NCBI GenBank assembly: GCA_946553095.1 | Contig: CAMNRN010000001.1 | Span: forward strand, 1-56,898 | Origin: an uncultured Mycoplasmatota bacterium | Lineage (GTDB): Bacteria > Bacillota_I > Bacilli_A > RF39 > UBA660 | Length of the DNA stretch: 56,898 nucleotides | Reading direction: 5' to 3' | Part shown: one piece after another, positions 19,133 through 29,595 of the stretch | Position numbering within the stretch: position 1 is the stretch's first letter | Layout of the letters: each line of letters opens with the position of its first letter | Made by a program: the position numbers and the translations under genes | Notes under the pieces: model-generated | Told to the model about the DNA's origin: nothing | Database searches by the model: none | The model's input: the letters and a program-made list of their open reading frames with translations, nothing else

Positions 19133-21054
19133 AAGAAGAAGAAAGACATTATAATGATAGTGACATTCAAGTATTAGAAGGCTTAGAAGCAGTTCGAAAA
19201 AGACCTGGTATGTACATAGGATCAACAGGTGAAAAAGGATTACATCATTTAGTTTGGGAAATTGTGGATAATGCTGTCGACGAAGCTCTAGCTGGATTTT
19301 GCGATGATGTCGAAGTAATAATAGACAAAGGAAATATAATTGAAGTTCGAGATGATGGGCGGGGTATGCCAACAGGTATAAATGCTAAAACTGGTTTATC
19401 AACGATCGAAACAATCTTTACGGTTTTACATGCCGGAGGAAAGTTTGGTGGTGAAGGTTACAAAGTAAGTGGTGGTCTTCACGGAGTTGGAGCCAGTGTT
19501 GTAAACGCTTTATCTGAATGGTTAGAAGTTACAGTATATCGAGATAATAAAATCTATCATCAACGATTTGCTGATGGCGGAAAACCGGCTACAAGTTTAG
19601 AAGTAATTGGTGAATGTGAAGATAATAGAACAGGAACAACAGTCCGTTTTAAAGCTGATCCAACCATTTTCCAAGAAACGACAGTATATAATTATGATAC
19701 TTTATATAAAAGATTACAAGAAATAGCTTTTTTAAATAAGGGGCTAGGAATAAAGTTAATAGATTTGCGAGAAGATGAAAAAAAAGATACATTTCTTTAT
19801 AATGGAGGAATTATTGAATACGTCGCTTTATTAAATAAAACTAAAAAGCCTATTCATGATGATATTGTTTATTTAGAAGGTGAAGAAAATGGTATTCAAC
19901 TAGAAGTTGCTTGCCAATATAACGATTCATATACGCCAGCCATTTATTCTTTTACAAATAATATCAATACTTATGAAGGTGGAACCCATGAAGATGGCGT
20001 CAAAATGGCTTTGACGAGAGTAATTAATAATTATGCGAAGAATGCTAAAATATTAAAAGAAAATGAAGATTCTTTAACGGGTGAGGACTGCCGAGAAGGG
20101 CTAACAATGATTATTTCTTGTAAACACCCAGATCCCCAATTTGAAGGTCAAACTAAAACCAAACTAGGAAATAGTGAAGTAAAGAAAATAGCTAATGATG
20201 TCTTTGCCAAAGGCTTAGAACGTTACTTAATGGAAAATCCAAATGATGCTCGAGTTATTATTGATAAATGTATGACAGCATCACGCGCTAGAATGGCCGC
20301 CAAAAAGGCTCGTGAATTAACTAGGCGAAAAAGTGATTTAGATGTCGTTAATTTTGGTGGAAAACTAGTTGATTGTAAGGAAAAAGATCCAAGTGTTTGT
20401 GAAATATTTTTAGTCGAAGGGGACAGTGCAGGTGGTTCTGCAATAAAAGGAAGAGACAGTATGACTCAAGCAATCCTTCCGCTTCGTGGAAAAATATTAA
20501 ATGTTGAAAAAGCTCGTTTAGATAAGGCATTATCAAATGAAGAAATTCGTACTATTATCACGGCTTTTGGTACAGGTATAGGTGGAGAATTTGATCTTAG
20601 TAAATTACGATATAACAAAATTATTATCATGACCGATGCCGATGTCGACGGATCCCACATTCGTGTATTGTTATTAACCTTATTCTATCGGTTTTTCCGA
20701 CCAATCGTGGAAGAAGGTCATGTCTATGCCGCTCAACCACCATTATTTTGCATAAAACATGGAAAAAATATTAAATATGTACTAGATATCAAAGAAAGAG
20801 ATAAATATATTGCCATGTTAAATGAAAAAAAGACCAGTTATGAAATAACCCGAATGAAAGGTTTAGGAGAAATGGACGCCGAAGAATTAAATGAAACAAC
20901 TATGGATATAAATAAACGTATCCTAAGAAAGATCACAGTTGATGATATAATTGAAGCAGATGCTGCTTTCTCAAAACTAATGGGAGAAGAAGTAGAGCCA
21001 CGCCGTAAATTTATAGAAGAAATGGCCTTATCTGCCAAGAATATTGATATATAG
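19129..21054 (+). CDS. gyrB: DNA gyrase subunit B
   Basis: 641 aa. GHKL ATPase, Toprim motif EGDSAGG and [14 protein letters not shown] overlap with recF. Confidence 0.97.
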   Translation: MKEEERHYNDSDIQVLEGLEAVRKRPGMYIGSTGEKGLHHLVWEIVDNAVDEALAGFCDDVEVIIDKGNIIEVRDDGRGMPTGINAKTGLSTIETIFTVLHAGGKFGGEGYKVSGGLHGVGASVVNALSEWLEVTVYRDNKIYHQRFADGGKPATSLEVIGECEDNRTGTTVRFKADPTIFQETTVYNYDTLYKRLQEIAFLNKGLGIKLIDLREDEKKDTFLYNGGIIEYVALLNKTKKPIHDDIVYLEGEENGIQLEVACQYNDSYTPAIYSFTNNINTYEGGTHEDGVKMALTRVINNYAKNAKILKENEDSLTGEDCREGLTMIISCKHPDPQFEGQTKTKLGNSEVKKIANDVFAKGLERYLMENPNDARVIIDKCMTASRARMAAKKARELTRRKSDLDVVNFGGKLVDCKEKDPSVCEIFLVEGDSAGGSAIKGRDSMTQAILPLRGKILNVEKARLDKALSNEEIRTIITAFGTGIGGEFDLSKLRYNKIIIMTDADVDGSHIRVLLLTLFYRFFRPIVEEGHVYAAQPPLFCIKHGKNIKYVLDIKERDKYIAMLNEKKTSYEITRMKGLGEMDAEELNETTMDINKRILRKITVDDIIEADAAFSKLMGEEVEPRRKFIEEMALSAKNIDI

Positions 21055-21065
21055 GAGGTGAAAAA

Positions 21066-23633
21066 ATGGACGAAAATAACAAAACAAATGAAGAACTTAA
21101 TAATAACAACGAATTAGAAAATAATGCAAAAGAAAACACTACTGAAGAAACTGATTTACAAAATACAACCGATCGACTAATGGAAAATAACATTGTAAGA
21201 GAAATAGAAGATTCCTTCATAGATTATTCCATGAGCGTAATTACAGCTCGTGCTTTGCCAGATTTACGAGATGGATTAAAACCGGTTCATCGCCGAATTT
21301 TATACTCCATGTATGAATCGAGTTATACACCAGATAAGCCTCATAAAAAGAGTGCAAGAATAGTCGGGGATGTCATGGGGAAATATCACCCTCATGGAGA
21401 CTCTTCAATATATGAAGCAATGGTTAGAATGGCTCAAGATTTTAACTATCGTTATATGTTAGTAGATGGTCATGGTAATTTCGGTAATATTGAAGGATAC
21501 GGTGCCGCAGCAATGCGTTATACAGAATCACGTTTATCTAAAATATCTTTAGAATTACTAAAAGATATCAATAAGAATACCGTTGATTTTGTCTCAAATT
21601 TTGATGAATCTGAAAAAGAACCAGTCACTATACCAAGTCGGTTTCCTAATATTTTGGTAAATGGAACAATGGGAATAGCCGTTGGTATGGCCACAAATAT
21701 TCCGCCTCACAACTTAGGTGAAGTAATTGATGGTTGTGTTGCGTACTTAGATAATCCAGAAATTGATACAAGTGGCTTGATGGAATACATAAAAGGACCA
21801 GATTTTCCAACCGGCGGTATTATTTTAGGCAACAGTGGAATTAAAAAAGCTTATGAAACTGGTCGTGGAACTGTAACAATCAGGAGTAAAGCGACTATTG
21901 AAGAAAAAAATGGCCGACAATACATCATTATAGATGAAGTGCCATATGGTGTTAATACATCCGATTTGAAAAATAAAGTAGCTGATTTAGTCCATAATAA
22001 AGTCTTAGAAGGAATATCCGACTATCATACCGACTTAAAAAATGGGGTTAAAATAACCATTACACTAAAAAAAGACGCTAATGCGCAAATAGTTTTAAAT
22101 AACCTATACAAACACACTGCATTTCAATCTAATTTTGGGGTCATATTTTTAATGCTAGACAAAGGCGTTCCAAAGACTTTGGGCCTAAAAGATATAATCT
22201 CCAAGTACATTGACTATCAACGCGAAATAATCATCAGAAGAACGCAATTTGAATTAGATAAAAATGAAAAAAGAGTTCATATTTTAGAAGGTTTAAAAAT
22301 AGCTTTAGATAACATTGATGAAGTTATAAAGATTATTCGTGGAGCCAGCAATGATGATGAAGCTAAAGAAAAATTAACTTCAAGATTTGGTCTTGACGAT
22401 ATTCAAGCGAATGCTATTTTAGAAATGCGTTTACGTCGTTTAACAGGCTTAGAAAGAGAAAAAATTGAAGCAGAACTCGCTGAATTAATGAAAGAAATTG
22501 AAAAATTACGTGCGATTCTTGCTGATCCAAAGAAAGTTGACGAAGTAATCAAAAATGAAATGTTAGAAATAAAGAACAAATATGCCGATGAAAGACGTTC
22601 AAAGATAGATATGACTGCAATCGACTATATCGAAGATGAATCTCTTATTCCAAATGAAGACATCTTAGTAGTTTTAACTAATCGTGGATATATTAAAAGA
22701 ACGACTTCTGATACATTTAAATCCCAAAAACGTGGTGGTGTCGGCATCAAAGGAATGTCTACAAATGATGAGGACTTTGTGGTTAATATGATTAATCTGC
22801 AATCACACGATTATATTTTGTTCTTCACCAACAAAGGACGTGTTTATCGATTAAAAGGTTACGAAATACCTGAATTTAGCAGGCAATCGAAGGGACTGCC
22901 AATTATAAATCTATTGTCTATCGATAAAGATGAAAAAGTAAATAGTGTTATAAAAATAGAAAAAGATGAGAAAAATGAATTTTTACTATTTGCCACAAAA
23001 GAAGGTATTGTTAAGAAAACGTCATTAAGTGAATTTGAAAATATTCGCAATAATGGAAAAATCTGTATTAGTTTGAAGGAAAATGACGAATTAATCGATG
23101 TTAAGAAAACCAGTGGAAATGACTTAATATTATTAGGATCAGATGCTGGTCGAATGGTGAAATTTAATGAAAATGAAATAAGAAATATGGGTCGAACTGC
23201 CTCAGGTGTCAGAGGAATTAGCTTAGAAGAAGCTAAATGTATCTGCTGTGAAGTGGTAAAAGATGAAGATATTATCATATTAGTAACAGAAAAAGGATAT
23301 GGAAAACAAACAAATGTTTCGGAATTTAGACAAACAAAACGAGGAAGCAAAGGAGTCAAAGCCTTAAATATCACGGAAAAGAATGGAACCATATCTTCAA
23401 TAAAAATAGTAAACTTAGATAAAGACATTATCATTATGACTGATTCGGGAATGACAGTAAGAATGGATGTTAACCAAGTATCTCTATTAGGAAGAGTAAC
23501 GCAAGGAACTAGATTGATTAATTTAAAAGATAATCAAAAAGTTGCAACTATAAGTATTGTCGATAAAGAAGATCCAGAAGATACTACAAGCGAAACTAAT
23601 CCAGATATAGAAACAAACGAAACAAATGCTTAG
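21066..23633 (+). CDS. gyrA: DNA gyrase subunit A (with N/E-rich N-terminal extension)
   Basis: 855 aa. Active-site region AAMRYTE, QRDR region [12 protein letters not shown] and C-terminal beta-pinwheel repeats. Strong RBS AGGAGGTG at the long start. Confidence 0.96.
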   Translation: MDENNKTNEELNNNNELENNAKENTTEETDLQNTTDRLMENNIVREIEDSFIDYSMSVITARALPDLRDGLKPVHRRILYSMYESSYTPDKPHKKSARIVGDVMGKYHPHGDSSIYEAMVRMAQDFNYRYMLVDGHGNFGNIEGYGAAAMRYTESRLSKISLELLKDINKNTVDFVSNFDESEKEPVTIPSRFPNILVNGTMGIAVGMATNIPPHNLGEVIDGCVAYLDNPEIDTSGLMEYIKGPDFPTGGIILGNSGIKKAYETGRGTVTIRSKATIEEKNGRQYIIIDEVPYGVNTSDLKNKVADLVHNKVLEGISDYHTDLKNGVKITITLKKDANAQIVLNNLYKHTAFQSNFGVIFLMLDKGVPKTLGLKDIISKYIDYQREIIIRRTQFELDKNEKRVHILEGLKIALDNIDEVIKIIRGASNDDEAKEKLTSRFGLDDIQANAILEMRLRRLTGLEREKIEAELAELMKEIEKLRAILADPKKVDEVIKNEMLEIKNKYADERRSKIDMTAIDYIEDESLIPNEDILVVLTNRGYIKRTTSDTFKSQKRGGVGIKGMSTNDEDFVVNMINLQSHDYILFFTNKGRVYRLKGYEIPEFSRQSKGLPIINLLSIDKDEKVNSVIKIEKDEKNEFLLFATKEGIVKKTSLSEFENIRNNGKICISLKENDELIDVKKTSGNDLILLGSDAGRMVKFNENEIRNMGRTASGVRGISLEEAKCICCEVVKDEDIIILVTEKGYGKQTNVSEFRQTKRGSKGVKALNITEKNGTISSIKIVNLDKDIIIMTDSGMTVRMDVNQVSLLGRVTQGTRLINLKDNQKVATISIVDKEDPEDTTSETNPDIETNETNA

Positions 23634-23648
23634 TCATTTGTTTTTTTA
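23621..23648 (+). terminator. Rho-independent terminator after gyrA
   Basis: ACAAATG-N6-CATTTGT hairpin overlapping the stop codon, followed by a T-run. Confidence 0.6.
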
Positions 23649-23713
23649 TGTTGCAAAAACGAACAAATATTCGAAATAAAAAAAGATGTTGATAACTTTT
23701 GGGCACAAATATA

Positions 23714-23729
23714 TGTTTCACGTGAAACA
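23714..23729. promoter_or_regulatory. parS: parS site 1 (TGTTTCACGTGAAACA)
   Basis: Exact match to the symmetric ParB/Spo0J parS consensus. Confidence 0.85.
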
Positions 23730-23890
23730 TTCCTCTTTTTTAGAAAATAAACAAAAGATTTTAAGAAAATCAAACCTCAATCACAAATATTTATAAATAA
23801 TATTAATAATTTTAATGATATATGTTTTAATATATTTGGTTTGGAATTATTTTTTACAGAAAAAAGTACATTCGAAATACTTATCAACAA

Positions 23891-23906
23891 TGTTTCACGT
23901 GAAACA
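23891..23906. promoter_or_regulatory. parS: parS site 2
   Basis: Exact 16-mer, preceded by TTATCAACAA. Confidence 0.85.
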
Positions 23907-24110
23907 TCATATCTCGATACAGTTTATCTAGCATTGAAACATTTAAATTCAAATGAACCATATTTTATTTAAAGCAACGCATGCCCAATAAATTAAATGA
24001 TTATTTATATGAACCACAAATACTAAGGTATGACGCGATCACAACTATAGCCGACCTTAATTTCTATACCACATACGTAAGAATAATAACATATTTAGAG
24101 TTATCAACAA

Positions 24111-24126
24111 TGTTTCACGTGAAACA
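24111..24126. promoter_or_regulatory. parS: parS site 3
   Basis: Exact 16-mer, preceded by AGTTATCAACAA. Confidence 0.85.
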
Positions 24127-24238
24127 TTGCCAGCAAAGCCCAAGTAGCTGCAAGCTACTTGGGCGTAAGTTTTATATTTTAGCAAAGACCGATAAAGAAC
24201 ATCAATTGCGGAATGAAAATCTAAAGTTATCAACACAA

Positions 24239-24254
24239 TGTTTCACGTGAAACA
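24239..24254. promoter_or_regulatory. parS: parS site 4
   Basis: Exact 16-mer, preceded by AGTTATCAACACAA. Confidence 0.85.
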
Positions 24255-24373
24255 TTCCTTGTAATAAAAAAAATACAAAGGAAGATCTAAATATATTAAC
24301 TTTCTGTTTTATAAAACTAATTCAGAAATTCATTTCAATATAATTTGCAAATCATATACATTATCACTGCCAA

Positions 24374-24389
24374 TGTTTCACGTGAAACA
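24374..24389. promoter_or_regulatory. parS: parS site 5
   Basis: Exact 16-mer, preceded by TTATCACTGCCAA. Confidence 0.85.
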
Positions 24390-24555
24390 TCACATCTTTT
24401 TGTGAAAATATAAAAAAGTGTTAATAAAAGTCATAAAAAATGAATTAATATACTTGTATATATTGATTTTAATGTTAATATCGTAGTTTTGATGTAATTT
24501 TTGTTAAAAATGAATGTTGATAACTCAAAAACGAACATATATTTGCGCAAAATTA

Positions 24556-24584
24556 TTGACATATTCTGTCTCTTATGCTATAAT
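24556..24584 (+). promoter_or_regulatory. Strong sigma-A promoter of ffs
   Basis: TTGACA (24556-24561), a 17-nt spacer, then the extended -10 TGCTATAAT (24576-24584). Confidence 0.7.
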
Positions 24585-24590
24585 TAATAC

Positions 24591-24667
24591 GTGCAACAAG
24601 TATGCCGTAAACTGGTCAGGATTGGAAAATAGCAGCCACATCGGTCTCTTCTTGTGTGCACTTTTTT
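24591..24667 (+). ncRNA. ffs: Small (4.5S-type) signal recognition particle RNA
   Basis: The 5' GTGCAACAAG pairs with the 3' CTTGTGTGCAC. Conserved domain IV core CTGGTCAGGATTGGAAAATAGCAGCCA (compare GGUCAGGUCCGGAAGGAAGCAGCC). Terminal T-run. Lies next to tadA and dnaX as in Bacillus. Ends are approximate. Confidence 0.75.
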
Positions 24668-24691
24668 AATCATTAAATGGAGAACAAATGT

Positions 24692-25102
24692 ATGGATTAT
24701 TGGAATGAATTAATAGAATTAACTAAAAAAGCTGCTAAAAAAGGCGAAGTTCCAGTCGCGGCTTTAATTGTGAAAGATGGAAAAATTATAGCAAAATCTT
24801 ACAATCTACGAGAAAAAAAACAAAATATATTAGGTCATGCCGAGATTATTGCGATTAACAAGGCAAGTAAAAAGCTTCGTACATGGAAATTGTCAGATTG
24901 TGAACTATATGTGAGTTTAAAACCGTGCAAAATGTGTGAAGAAATTATAAAGCAATCACGCCTAAAGAGCGTTTTTTATCTGCTAGAAAAGCCAGAAAAT
25001 AAGAAAGAATATAGAAAAACGACATTTAATCAGGATGAATCACCTGTTTGGCAAGCAAAATATAAAACTATAATGGCCAATTTTTTCAAAAATCTTCGTT
25101 GA
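24692..25102 (+). CDS. tadA: tRNA-specific adenosine deaminase
   Basis: Zinc motifs HAEIIAI and PCKMCEE. ATG at 24692 has GGAG 9 nt upstream. The ORF-track ATG at 24677 lacks an RBS. Confidence 0.85.
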   Translation: MDYWNELIELTKKAAKKGEVPVAALIVKDGKIIAKSYNLREKKQNILGHAEIIAINKASKKLRTWKLSDCELYVSLKPCKMCEEIIKQSRLKSVFYLLEKPENKKEYRKTTFNQDESPVWQAKYKTIMANFFKNLR

Positions 25103-25190
25103 TATTTGCCATAAACTAGTAAAAATATATCTTTCCTTAGTTCACATCTTACGACATACATGGTATAATCTTTGTATACGGAGGAACAAC

Positions 25191-26804
25191 ATGAATTATA
25201 AAGTGCTATATCGGAAATATCGACCAGATAGTTTCAAAAATTTAGTGGGACAAAAACATATTATAAACATCCTGAAAAATTCCATCAAAGCGCAGAAAAT
25301 TTCACATGCATATCTTTTCTCAGGTCCAAGAGGAACAGGGAAAACTAGTACCGCTCGTATTTTAGCCAAAAGTGTCAATTGTCTAAATCCCGAAGAAGGA
25401 ACTGCCTGTGGAAATTGTGCCAATTGTCAAAGTTTTTCTACTAATCCAGATATAATTGAAATTGATGCAGCGTCTAATAATGGTGTTGATGAAATTCGAG
25501 AATTAATCAATAATGTGAAAATAATGCCTACAACTTCAAAATATAAAGTGTATATTATCGATGAAGTTCACATGTTGAGTCAAAGTGCCTTTAATGCTCT
25601 ATTACTAACATTAGAAGAACCACCAGAACATGTAATCTTCATTTTAGCTACGACTAACTTAGAAAGTGTTCCAATAACAATCTTATCCCGTTGTCAGAAA
25701 TACGATTTTAAACGAATTACAACTGAAGATATTATAGAGAGATTAAAATATGTATGTCAAAGTGAAGCGATAGAATATGAAGAAAACGCTTTAAAAGAAA
25801 TTGCTTTATTATCAGACGGAGGATTGCGAGATGCGCTAAGCATATTAGATCAATTATCTAAAAATGCGAGTAAAATAACCATGGATATTATCACCAACGA
25901 GATTGGGACAATATCGAATCAAAAAATTGAAGAATTTATCGTAGCAATTGATCAAAATGACATTGATCAAGTCGAAAATCAAATTGAAGAATTAAAAAAT
26001 ATAAACTTGAACTACAAAGTATTCATCAAAAAAATGATTGAATCATTAGGAAAAAGGGCAATAAAGTATCTAAAAAATGATGTAACCAGCCGACTATCAT
26101 ATGATGATTATAAAAATATGACTTTAGAATTAAATGAAATTATTAACAAAATAAATGTAAGTGTTGAGCCATATTCGCTCATAGAAATGATTCTCTTAAG
26201 TTACATTAAAACAAACAGCAGTAATAACAGTGATAATAACGTTGAAGATAATAATAAACCATCAAAATCGGAAAATCAAGTAATCGAACAAGTTTCTCAT
26301 GATAAGGAAACAAACGTAAAAGAATCGGTAAAAAAGCCAATTCCAAAGATAAAAGATAACTTTATCACCACCCGTATTAACAATTGTTTTGTAAATGCTC
26401 GAAAAGACTATCTAAAAAACATCAAAGAACTATGGCAAAACTACGAAACGAAGGCAACAAGCCAAATTCGCGGAATGATCAGTGACACGATTCCTGTAAC
26501 CGCCTCGGATGAATACATCATTTGTGTTACGACGATTAAGCATAAAGACCAAGAATTAAATGAGAACGTTAATTTCATAGAAGAAGACTTTGCCACATAT
26601 GCCCAAAGTAAATACAAGATGGTCTTCATAGATGAAGAAACTTGGTCATTAGAGAAAACAAAATATATAAACAATTTACAAAGTGGCTATAAATATGAAA
26701 TAATAGACGAAAAAAGCCCTATTAAAGATGAAAAAAAGGAAAATTTATCAATCGAAAATATCGCCAGTGACATTTTTGATTCAGAAAAAATTGAAATAGA
26801 GTAA
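25191..26804 (+). CDS. dnaX: DNA polymerase III subunit gamma/tau
   Basis: 537 aa. GPRGTGKTS Walker A, zinc module CGNCANC and SRCQ sensor. Confidence 0.93.
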   Translation: MNYKVLYRKYRPDSFKNLVGQKHIINILKNSIKAQKISHAYLFSGPRGTGKTSTARILAKSVNCLNPEEGTACGNCANCQSFSTNPDIIEIDAASNNGVDEIRELINNVKIMPTTSKYKVYIIDEVHMLSQSAFNALLLTLEEPPEHVIFILATTNLESVPITILSRCQKYDFKRITTEDIIERLKYVCQSEAIEYEENALKEIALLSDGGLRDALSILDQLSKNASKITMDIITNEIGTISNQKIEEFIVAIDQNDIDQVENQIEELKNINLNYKVFIKKMIESLGKRAIKYLKNDVTSRLSYDDYKNMTLELNEIINKINVSVEPYSLIEMILLSYIKTNSSNNSDNNVEDNNKPSKSENQVIEQVSHDKETNVKESVKKPIPKIKDNFITTRINNCFVNARKDYLKNIKELWQNYETKATSQIRGMISDTIPVTASDEYIICVTTIKHKDQELNENVNFIEEDFATYAQSKYKMVFIDEETWSLEKTKYINNLQSGYKYEIIDEKSPIKDEKKENLSIENIASDIFDSEKIEIE

Positions 26805-26825
26805 AAATTGCAATAAAGAAAGGAA

Positions 26826-27131
26826 ATGATAAAAATGAACATGCAAGCAATGATGCAACAAGCTCAAAGATTACAAAGAGAGATTACCAAAAAGAAAGAA
26901 GAATTAGAAAAACAAGAATTTATTGGCACTTCTGAATGGGTTGAAGCCAAATACAATGGAAAAAAGGAATTAATCTCAATTAAAATAACTTATGATTTTG
27001 AAAATACCACAGAAGATAAAGAAATGTTAGAAGACATGATTCTTTTAGCTTCCAAGGATGCATTAAGAAAAATAGATGCAGCAACTGAAAAAACGTTAGG
27101 ACAATATGCATCTTTAAACGGATTGATTTAA
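26826..27131 (+). CDS. ybaB: Nucleoid-associated protein YbaB/EbfC
   Basis: About 100 aa, MQQAQRLQ... N-terminus. Conserved dnaX-ybaB-recR order. The start could be 26835. Confidence 0.85.
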   Translation: MIKMNMQAMMQQAQRLQREITKKKEELEKQEFIGTSEWVEAKYNGKKELISIKITYDFENTTEDKEMLEDMILLASKDALRKIDAATEKTLGQYASLNGLI

Positions 27132-27132
27132 T

Positions 27133-27729
27133 ATGGTTTATCCAGAATCATTAGAAAATCTTATTAATTATTATAAAAAACTTCCAGGAATTGGCGAAAA
27201 GAACGCTGAACGGATGGCCTTAGCTACCTTAAATTTTTCTGAAGAAGACATTGAAAATTTTGCAAAATATTTAAAAGACGCTAAATACAAGACTGATAAA
27301 TGTTCCATATGTGGAAACTTAGCTGAGGGAAATACTTGCCAAATTTGTCAAAATGAATCTCGAGACCACAACTTAATATGTGTAACCGAAGATGTAAAAA
27401 GTGTTATCTCCTTTGAAAAAGCTGGTAGTTTCCGTGGAGTTTATCATGTTTTAAATGGACTAATATCTCCAGCAAACGAAATTGGTCCTGATGATATAAA
27501 TTTAGGATCATTAATAAAAAGGCTAGATAAACTGGATCATCCAGAACTTATATTAGCATTAAAATCCACAATTGAAGGAGAAACAACGACATTATACATA
27601 AAAAAGATATTAGAAAATAAAAATGTATCCATATCTCGGCTATCATACGGTATTCCCATGGGAGCAGACATTGATTACATCGACATTCTCACATTAGATA
27701 AGGCTTTATCGGATCGCAAACAAATATAA
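27133..27729 (+). CDS. recR: Recombination protein RecR
   Basis: 198 aa. LPGIGEKNAERMA HhH motif, C4 zinc finger CSICGN..CQIC and Toprim domain. Confidence 0.93.
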   Translation: MVYPESLENLINYYKKLPGIGEKNAERMALATLNFSEEDIENFAKYLKDAKYKTDKCSICGNLAEGNTCQICQNESRDHNLICVTEDVKSVISFEKAGSFRGVYHVLNGLISPANEIGPDDINLGSLIKRLDKLDHPELILALKSTIEGETTTLYIKKILENKNVSISRLSYGIPMGADIDYIDILTLDKALSDRKQI

Positions 27730-27773
27730 CATAAATAAAAGACAACACTCATATATAGTATAAGAGGTTACAT

Positions 27774-27959
27774 ATGAAAAAAATATTATATGTTGTTCGT
27801 CGCATTATATTTGCCTTTTGTATAATATATGCATTTAATTTAGTAGTCGTGGGATTAAATATTTTTATACCCTTAAATATAATAACGATTAGTGTTGTAT
27901 CTACTTTAGGAATGCCAGGACTTTTGTCTTTAATCGGAGTGTATTATGTCTTAATGTAG
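27774..27959 (+). CDS. bofA: BofA-like small membrane protein (pro-sigma-K processing inhibitor family)
   Basis: 61 aa, two TM segments. IPLNIITISVVSTLGMPGLLSLIGV resembles the BofA C-terminal region. Position after recR as in Bacillus. Confidence 0.55.
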   Translation: MKKILYVVRRIIFAFCIIYAFNLVVVGLNIFIPLNIITISVVSTLGMPGLLSLIGVYYVLM

Positions 27960-27968
27960 GAGGAAAAA

Positions 27969-28823
27969 TTGGCAGAAAAGAGCATTATAAAAAGACTTGT
28001 TGAATACTACCATGGGAACAAACTATCCCATGCTTATTTAATTGAAACAAATGACATAGAAGCGTGTTATCAAGATATCAAAGAATTTATCAAAAGAATT
28101 AATTGTCCTCAGGAATACCAAAAAAATTGTGAAAAATGCAATTTTTGTAATTTATTAGAATCAGGAAACTTGCCTTCGATCATTGAAATAAATAGTCTTG
28201 GAAAGAATATAAAAAAAGAACAAATTCTCGACCTAAAATCTCGTTTTTCTACCATGCCTACTTACACTAAAGAAAATATCTATATAATTAAAGAAAGTGA
28301 AAAGTTAAATGCCTCTTCTGCCAACACCATGTTAAAATTTTTAGAGGAACCAGAAAATAACATAATAGGCTTTTTCCTCACCAAAAATCAAAATAACTGT
28401 CTTAACACCATTAAAAGTCGTTGTGAAATAATAAAATCTATCTATGAAGAAAAAGATACATCGGACATATTAGCCAACCAGTATTTAGATACAGTAATAA
28501 GTTATTTAAAAAATCTTTCATTAGAAAATCCCACTATTATGCTAAATAAAGAAATAATCTTGAATAATTATAATGAAAGATCAGAAATTGAAGAGATATT
28601 TCAATTAATGTTAAAAATCGTCCAAAAGAGTATAAAAGAAAAAAACAAAACAAATGACCAAGATTTCCGCGAAAAACTTTCATTTTTAATAAATAAAGAT
28701 ATTGAGAAATTAGTAAAATTAGAAAAACTTCTTATGAAATACAATGAAGAATTGAATTATAATGTAAATATTGAGTTATTTTTAGATAAATTTATTATAG
28801 AATTGAGTGGTAAAAATGAATAA
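27969..28823 (+). CDS. holB: DNA polymerase III delta-prime subunit
   Basis: TTG start after AGGAGGAAAAA. LSHAYLIE, a zinc-module-like CEKCNFC and SRCE sensor motif. Confidence 0.8.
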   Translation: MAEKSIIKRLVEYYHGNKLSHAYLIETNDIEACYQDIKEFIKRINCPQEYQKNCEKCNFCNLLESGNLPSIIEINSLGKNIKKEQILDLKSRFSTMPTYTKENIYIIKESEKLNASSANTMLKFLEEPENNIIGFFLTKNQNNCLNTIKSRCEIIKSIYEEKDTSDILANQYLDTVISYLKNLSLENPTIMLNKEIILNNYNERSEIEEIFQLMLKIVQKSIKEKNKTNDQDFREKLSFLINKDIEKLVKLEKLLMKYNEELNYNVNIELFLDKFIIELSGKNE

Positions 28824-29595
28824 AACATATGTTGTAATATTTAAAGAAAATGGCAAAAAATACTTCTTTTTTTCCGAAGAAAATTACAAAGAAAATGATT
28901 ATGTAATAGTAGAAACTGAAAAAGGATTGCAATACGGTAAAATAATAAATGTTCTTAATAAACCACATGATGAAAATCTTCGAAAAATCTTAAGACTTGC
29001 CGACGAAAACGATTATAAAACTCACTTAAAAAATCTCAAAGATGCGAGTACAGCGCTAAAAAAGGCCACGAATATAGTACATGAATTAAAGCTTCCGATG
29101 AGTATTGTCAGTGCGAGTTTTACGTTTGATCGTAATCAACTTTTATTTAATTTTGTCTCCGATGATCGAGTTGACTTCCGTGAATTAGCCAAAAAGCTTG
29201 CATATATATACCATACTCGTATCGAGCTTCGGCAAATTGGAGCAAGAGATAAAGCAAAAGAAATTGGTGGTCTTGGGATATGTGGCAAACGTTTATGTTG
29301 TAACAATTTTTTAAATCAAATTGAAGCAGTTTCTATGAACATGGCTAAAAATCAAAATTTAGCCTTAAATCCCAGTAAAATCAACGGTTTATGTGGAAGA
29401 CTTCTGTGTTGTTTAGCTTATGAAGATGCAAATTACACTGCCTGTTCAAAGAATCTTCCTAGGGTTGGTTCAGAAATAAAAATAAATGATAAAAAGGGAA
29501 TTGTCCACAGTGTAGATATATTAAATCGTAAAATAACAATCATTGTAAATGGTGAAAAAGAGGAATTGAATCTAGATGAAAATGATCAAAAATGA
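28816..29595 (+). CDS. ricT: PSP1-domain regulatory iron-sulfur protein RicT/YaaT
   Basis: PSP1 C-terminal domain and Cys cluster (GICGKRLCCNNFL, CGRLLCC). Follows holB as in Bacillus. Confidence 0.85.
   Translation: MNKTYVVIFKENGKKYFFFSEENYKENDYVIVETEKGLQYGKIINVLNKPHDENLRKILRLADENDYKTHLKNLKDASTALKKATNIVHELKLPMSIVSASFTFDRNQLLFNFVSDDRVDFRELAKKLAYIYHTRIELRQIGARDKAKEIGGLGICGKRLCCNNFLNQIEAVSMNMAKNQNLALNPSKINGLCGRLLCCLAYEDANYTACSKNLPRVGSEIKINDKKGIVHSVDILNRKITIIVNGEKEELNLDENDQK

Larger units (their letters stand above)
23654..24541. repeat. Bounded non-coding cassette carrying five perfect parS palindromes
   Basis: Five copies of ATGTTTCACGTGAAACAT. The same two modules sit at both edges: CAAAAACGAACAWATAT at 23654 and 24525, and ATGTTGATAACT at 23685 and 24513. 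Confidence 0.85.

Noticed and set aside
22859-23434. 191-aa minus-strand ORF inside gyrA. Similar antisense ORFs occur in argS, PBP, parB, mnmG, gyrB, dnaX, pth, mfd, metG, tatD, the RHS gene, yabG, spoVG, yabP, the udk-like gene, gap and pgk
   Set aside because: All lie fully inside well-supported genes on the other strand. They have Ser/Phe/Ile/Leu-rich shadow composition and lack RBSs.
23981-24250. 89-aa plus-strand ORF in the gyrA-ffs gap
   Set aside because: It has no RBS and runs across two parS palindromes and their repeated flanks. The peptide is low-complexity. The region is better explained as a non-coding centromere cassette.
23654-24541. Possible CRISPR array, because of the repeated 18-28-bp unit with unique spacers
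   Set aside because: Repeats are perfect palindromes identical to parS. Spacing is irregular and long (128-220 bp). There is no leader or cas gene.
23634-24680. Expected rRNA operon or tRNA genes after gyrA, as in Bacillus
   Set aside because: No 16S, 23S or 5S-like sequence or tRNA cloverleaf is recognisable. The only RNA gene is the small SRP RNA.
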